Shown: in pieces, positions 34,843-38,668 of the stretch
How positions within the stretch are numbered: position 1 is the first letter of the stretch
Layout of the letters: each line of letters starts with the position of its first letter
Source: an uncultured Acidobacteriota bacterium
GTDB lineage: Bacteria; Acidobacteriota; Vicinamibacteria; Vicinamibacterales; CAVVIG01
Length of the DNA stretch: 38,668 nucleotides
Direction of reading: 5' to 3'
Assembly (NCBI GenBank): GCA_902826465.1
Contig: CADEEX010000003.1
Location: 1-38,668, forward strand
Notes under the pieces: generated by a model
Seen by the model: the letters and a program-made list of their open reading frames with translations, nothing else
What the model was told of the DNA's origin: nothing
Databases searched by the model: none
Made by a program: the position numbers and the translations under genes

Positions 34843-36408
34843 ATGAGCAGGTGGAAGGGATTCAGTGTCGCCATCGTCGGCGCGCTGGCATTGACGGTCA
34901 GCGTTGCGGCACAACGGCCATCTGGTGGCGAGGCGCGCAACGCCGGGGCGTCAGGCGTCTGGTTTGGTGTTCCGCTTCCTGCCGGTCTCGGCGACCCGCA
35001 TCGGCCGATTCTCGACGTCTCGGCGGCCAGGCCTGCCGCGGCCGTGGTGCCGCCAGGCGAAGAGGGGAATCGCGAACTGACCGGGGCAGCGGTTCGGCGG
35101 CATCTCGAGGCGATCGTCGCGTTCTCGAGAGCAGACCGCGCGCGCGGCGAGAGAGCCTGGGGCCGCATCACCGGATTCCGTGGCGCCGACGAGACCCACG
35201 CGTGGGTACTCGGGCAGTTCAAAGCGGCAGGGCTGCGCGACAGTGACACGCAGACCTACACGGCCACGCAGCCGACCTGGTATCCGAAAGACTGGGAAGT
35301 AAAGCTCGTGGCGGGAACCGTGGCCGGTGCAGGGAGCCGCGACGTGGTGCTGGCATCGGCGTTCCCGACCAGCGGTTCGCGGTTGCCGAACGGTCCGCTC
35401 TCCGCACCACTGGTCTTCGTTGGCGCGACCACCGATACGGCGTTGCCCGCGGTCGACGTGGCTGGCAAGGTGGCCGTGCAGACGCTGCATCCGATGGCTG
35501 GGGCGTTTTCCGAGCGCACCAGGGCCACCGAGCGCGCGCGTGAACTTGCCAGGCGTGGCGCCGTGGCGGTGCTCAACGTGATCGAGCAGGCGGGCAACAT
35601 GCACGTCCGCGACTTCAGCAACTGCGGCGTCCCCTGCTTCAATATTGGAACCGACGATGGCCGGTTTCTGAAGGCCGTGGCGGAACGAGCGACGGCCGCC
35701 GGGAAGCTCGCGGACCTCAGAGTCGGAATCAATCTTCAGACCGAGATGCGTCCAGGCCTGAAAGGACATAACACGATTGGCATGATTGCCGGTCGCCGCC
35801 CTGACGAGATCGTCATCGTCAACGCGCATGCCGACGGCTGGTTCGACGCCGCAGGAGACAACGCCGACGGGCTGGCGGTGCTCATTGCCCTGGCGCGGCA
35901 CTTCGCCGTTCCCGCGAATCAGCCGGAACGTACGCTGCTGTTTGTGGCGAGCGGCGGGCATCATGGCGGCGGCATGAACGGTCCGGGCAACTTCGTGACG
36001 ATGAATCCGCAACTGGGCGCGAAGACCGTGCTGGTGCTGAATCTCGAACACATCGCGCAGCTCAGATTCCAGAACGACCCGTTCCGCGTCGAGGGCACGG
36101 AGCAGCCGATGGGATTCGGCATTTCGAATGAGGCGCCGTCGATTGCCGACATCGCGAAGCGCGGCGTGCAGCGTTACGGCTTCAACCTGCGGCCGAACTT
36201 TTCGAACTCGACCGCAGGTGACCTCGGCGGCTACACTCCGCTCGGTGTGCCGCGGGTGCAGGCGATTCATTCGGGACCGATGTATCACACGAGCGGTGAC
36301 ACGCTCGACACCATCTCGACGACCGGTCTCGAACGAGCGGCGCGGTTCTACGCGTTTTTCGTCTCGGAGATCGCGAAAATAGAGCGAGCCGCACTTCAGC
36401 CGAAGTAG
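34843..36408 (+). CDS. M28-family secreted metallopeptidase (aminopeptidase-like, with PA-like insert)
   Basis: Start at ATG 34843 after GAGGGAG, with signal MSRWKGFSVAIVGALALTVSVAAQ. IVNAHADGWFDAAGDNADGLAVLIALARHF matches the M28 zinc-ligand region. Confidence 0.85.
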   Translation: MSRWKGFSVAIVGALALTVSVAAQRPSGGEARNAGASGVWFGVPLPAGLGDPHRPILDVSAARPAAAVVPPGEEGNRELTGAAVRRHLEAIVAFSRADRARGERAWGRITGFRGADETHAWVLGQFKAAGLRDSDTQTYTATQPTWYPKDWEVKLVAGTVAGAGSRDVVLASAFPTSGSRLPNGPLSAPLVFVGATTDTALPAVDVAGKVAVQTLHPMAGAFSERTRATERARELARRGAVAVLNVIEQAGNMHVRDFSNCGVPCFNIGTDDGRFLKAVAERATAAGKLADLRVGINLQTEMRPGLKGHNTIGMIAGRRPDEIVIVNAHADGWFDAAGDNADGLAVLIALARHFAVPANQPERTLLFVASGGHHGGGMNGPGNFVTMNPQLGAKTVLVLNLEHIAQLRFQNDPFRVEGTEQPMGFGISNEAPSIADIAKRGVQRYGFNLRPNFSNSTAGDLGGYTPLGVPRVQAIHSGPMYHTSGDTLDTISTTGLERAARFYAFFVSEIAKIERAALQPK

Positions 36409-36429
36409 ACCAGCGAGAGCGAGGCACGC

Positions 36430-37773
36430 GTGAGGCAGTGGTCAATCGGAGTAGTCGCCATCGTTCTGATGGCGACCTGTGCAACGGCGCAGGAGCGGAC
36501 CCTCGTCCTTGAGGGCGCCACGCTGATCGACGGCACCGGCAAGCCGCCTGTCGCCGATGCGGTGGTCGTCGTTCGCGGCAATCGCATTGCCGCGGTCGGC
36601 ACGCGTGGGCAGGTGCAGGTTCCGCCCGGCGCCACGGTGCTGCGCCTCAACGGGCGAACCATCCTGCCTGGCCTCATTGATGGTCACGTGCACCTGCGTG
36701 ACTACCAGCCGCCACTGTTCCTGCCCCACGGCGTCACCACCATCGCCGATATCCACAACGACACGGCGTGGAGCATTGCCGAGCGCGAAGCGCTGAAGCA
36801 GGGGAGGCTCAAGGGGCCGCGTCTTTTTGTTTCTGGCGCCCGGGTGACTGGGCCCAACGGACCGCCAACGACCGACGGCAGTTATGTGAAGGACGCTGCC
36901 GAAGCCCGCGCCTATGTCAGGGCGCTGGTGAAGGCCGGCGTTGATCACATCAAGGTCGATCTGACGATCACCGACGATCAGCTCCGCGCCGTCATTGAAG
37001 AAGCGAACGCCGCGCAGATCAAGGTGCTCGGGCACACGCAGAACATCAAGACAGCCGTGGCCATGGGCTTCAAGCACATGGAACACATGGACACCATGGG
37101 ACGCGCGCTCCTGGTGCAGGAGGGGAAGAACCCGCGGCCTCAGGGAACCACGCCGGAGGCGGCGGTGAACCCGGCGCTGTTCCCGCCGCTCATCGCCGAA
37201 ATGGCGCGGCAGGGCGTCTACGTGAACGCGACGCTCGTGCTTTCGTGGAGCCCGTCGACCGAGCGGTGGCGCGATCAGGCGAAAGACATCGCCGCGCTGC
37301 TGAAGGATCCAGGGCTGGCATTTGTGCCGGCGGATGTGAAGGCCGCGTGGGCGCGCGAGCCGGGTCGGCCGCGTGCGGGCTACGAGCACGTCACGGAATT
37401 TCTCCGTCAGTACTCAGAGGCTGGCGGAAAAATTCTCGCCGCGTCCGATACCGGCTGCTGCGCGCAGATTGTGCCGGGGCTGAGCCTGCACTACGAAATG
37501 CAGATGCTCACTGACATGGGCATTACACCGATGAAGGCACTGCAGGGCGCCACGCTGTGGGCGGCCGAGGTGATCGGTCAGGAGAAGGATCTGGGCAGCG
37601 TCGAGCCCGGCAAGCTGGCCGACTTCACGATCATCGACGGTGATCCGCTGACCGATATCAGCGCCACCAGGAACGTGCGAATGGTAATCAAGGACGGCCA
37701 GGTGGTGGACACCGCCTACGATCCGAACTGGGTCAATCCGGTGCCGCGCCCGCGGCGGCCCTCTAACCCGTAG
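36430..37773 (+). CDS. Secreted amidohydrolase-family protein (metal-dependent hydrolase, imidazolonepropionase/Xaa-Pro dipeptidase-like)
   Basis: Signal peptide, then LIDGTG ... ILPGLIDGHVHL (HxH metal motif) and C-terminal GSVEPGKLADFTIIDGDPL, typical of Amidohydro_1/3. Confidence 0.85.
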   Translation: MRQWSIGVVAIVLMATCATAQERTLVLEGATLIDGTGKPPVADAVVVVRGNRIAAVGTRGQVQVPPGATVLRLNGRTILPGLIDGHVHLRDYQPPLFLPHGVTTIADIHNDTAWSIAEREALKQGRLKGPRLFVSGARVTGPNGPPTTDGSYVKDAAEARAYVRALVKAGVDHIKVDLTITDDQLRAVIEEANAAQIKVLGHTQNIKTAVAMGFKHMEHMDTMGRALLVQEGKNPRPQGTTPEAAVNPALFPPLIAEMARQGVYVNATLVLSWSPSTERWRDQAKDIAALLKDPGLAFVPADVKAAWAREPGRPRAGYEHVTEFLRQYSEAGGKILAASDTGCCAQIVPGLSLHYEMQMLTDMGITPMKALQGATLWAAEVIGQEKDLGSVEPGKLADFTIIDGDPLTDISATRNVRMVIKDGQVVDTAYDPNWVNPVPRPRRPSNP

Positions 37774-37805
37774 CGCGGGCGTCCGGCCGCGTCGCGGACG
37801 GGATC

Positions 37806-38258
37806 CTAACGGGTCGTGGTGCGAAGGACCTTCAGGTGTTCGACGAGGGCCCACACGTCGTCCCTGGTCAACGTGTCCTTGAATGCCGGCATGTCGTCGA
37901 TCTGCACCCGTAGCTGCACGGCGTGACCGTTCCATACCTTGTAGAAGAGGACTCCCTCGGGGTTGATCGAACTGCGGAGGTCGTCGGTGAGATCGGCGGC
38001 GTGGTCAGAGTCTGTGCCATTGCCCTTGCCCTCCGGGCCATGACAGCGGGCGCAGTTCGCGGCGAACAACGCCTTGCCTTTGGTCGCCGCGCTGCGGGCT
38101 GAGGTGACGGGGCTCCTCTCGTCCCTGCCACCGGGCGGTATCAGCCAGCCCTGGTATTGAGCGGCCGCGTCTGCCGTAACAACCGCAAGCAGCATCAGCG
38201 CTGCCACTCCTCGTCGTTGTCGCTCGCCTTGTGGAAACCACGTGCGCATCGGGAACAT
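37806..38258 (-). CDS. Small c-type cytochrome (class I-like)
   Basis: Signal peptide, a single haem motif CARCH, and a distal Met candidate in IDDMPAF. Confidence 0.75.
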   Translation of the reverse strand: MFPMRTWFPQGERQRRGVAALMLLAVVTADAAAQYQGWLIPPGGRDERSPVTSARSAATKGKALFAANCARCHGPEGKGNGTDSDHAADLTDDLRSSINPEGVLFYKVWNGHAVQLRVQIDDMPAFKDTLTRDDVWALVEHLKVLRTTTR

Positions 38259-38367
38259 GGTACCTCTGGCGCGTGCCGCCTCAGCGTTGGCACATCACGA
38301 CCAGCTCATGTCGCTTTCCTCGCACCTAAAGACGACCGGCATTCGTCTGAACCTATAGAGGTGTGTG

Positions 38368-38668
38368 ATGACTGCACAACGAATGCGTACGCCGCTGGCT
38401 GGGCTGCTGCTCGCCACGCTGATCGGTTTCCCGGCGGTGTCGCGCGCGGCTGACCCGGCGCCTCCTGTCACGTTCACCAAAGACGTGGCGCCGATCTTTC
38501 AGGCGAAGTGTCAGTCGTGCCACGAGCCTGGCTCGATCGCGCCAATGTCGCTCGTCAGCTACAAGGACGCGCGGCCGTGGGCGCGCTCGATCAAGAACCG
38601 CGTCGAAACGCGACAGATGCCGCCGTGGCACATCGACCGCAGCGTCGGCGTGCAGAAGTTCAAGAACG
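38368..38668 (+). CDS. N-terminal fragment of a secreted cytochrome-c-domain protein (open at the window edge)
   Basis: Hand translation: MTAQRMRTPLAGLLLATLIGFPAVSRAADPAPPVTFTKDVAPIFQAKCQSCHEPGSIAPMSLVSYKDARPWARSIKNRVETRQMPPWHID... The CQSCH haem motif and an AGAGGTG Shine-Dalgarno are present. It is absent from the ORF track because it has no stop codon in the window. Confidence 0.6.
   Translation, partial: MTAQRMRTPLAGLLLATLIGFPAVSRAADPAPPVTFTKDVAPIFQAKCQSCHEPGSIAPMSLVSYKDARPWARSIKNRVETRQMPPWHIDRSVGVQKFKN

Noticed and set aside
1-38668. Prophage, integrative element or classic defence island spanning the window
   Set aside because: There are no integrase, transposase, tRNA attachment site, phage structural genes or flanking long direct repeats. 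The conflict-type genes (RES/Xre, VapBC, SIR2-CHAT) are separated by core metabolic genes such as pckG, edd-eda and zwf.

Overview
High-GC bacterial chromosomal window (about two-thirds G+C by eye). The gene content and the GTCCGCCTGAAGGCGGAC-type REP hairpins suggest a soil Acidobacteriota-like organism, but I cannot verify this. I found no rRNA, tRNA, CRISPR array, transposase or integrase. Most of the window is housekeeping or envelope genes: GTP-PEPCK, the Entner-Doudoroff genes edd-eda plus zwf, the NfeD-FloA flotillin operon, a YciI/ECF-sigma/Smr operon, M50, M28 and amidohydrolase peptidases, and c-type cytochromes. Accessory and conflict-type genes are scattered among them. (1) A RES/Xre toxin-antitoxin cassette sits between two direct arrays of the same 8-bp microsatellite. 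(2) A Phd/YefM-type antitoxin with a PIN (VapC) toxin lies just upstream of a single bacterial dynamin-like GTPase. (3) My top candidate for an undescribed system is a 755-aa single polypeptide that fuses a defence-type SIR2 (NADase-like) domain with intact Asn/His motifs to a CHAT caspase-fold domain. In that CHAT domain the canonical nucleophile Cys position reads His. Its stop overlaps (ATGA) the start of a small DUF1761-like membrane protein. Other notable points: three diverged paralogues of a secreted FN3-like plus parallel beta-helix protein lie within 15.5 kb; a Tat-signal enolase-superfamily protein appears to have altered catalytic residues; a tyrosinase is paired with a DUF2182-like membrane protein; and three start codons have -10-like hexamers only 7-9 nt upstream, which suggests leaderless mRNAs. 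All domain calls come from motif recognition by eye, with no searches run. Many long antisense ORFs in the track are high-GC shadow ORFs and were ignored.
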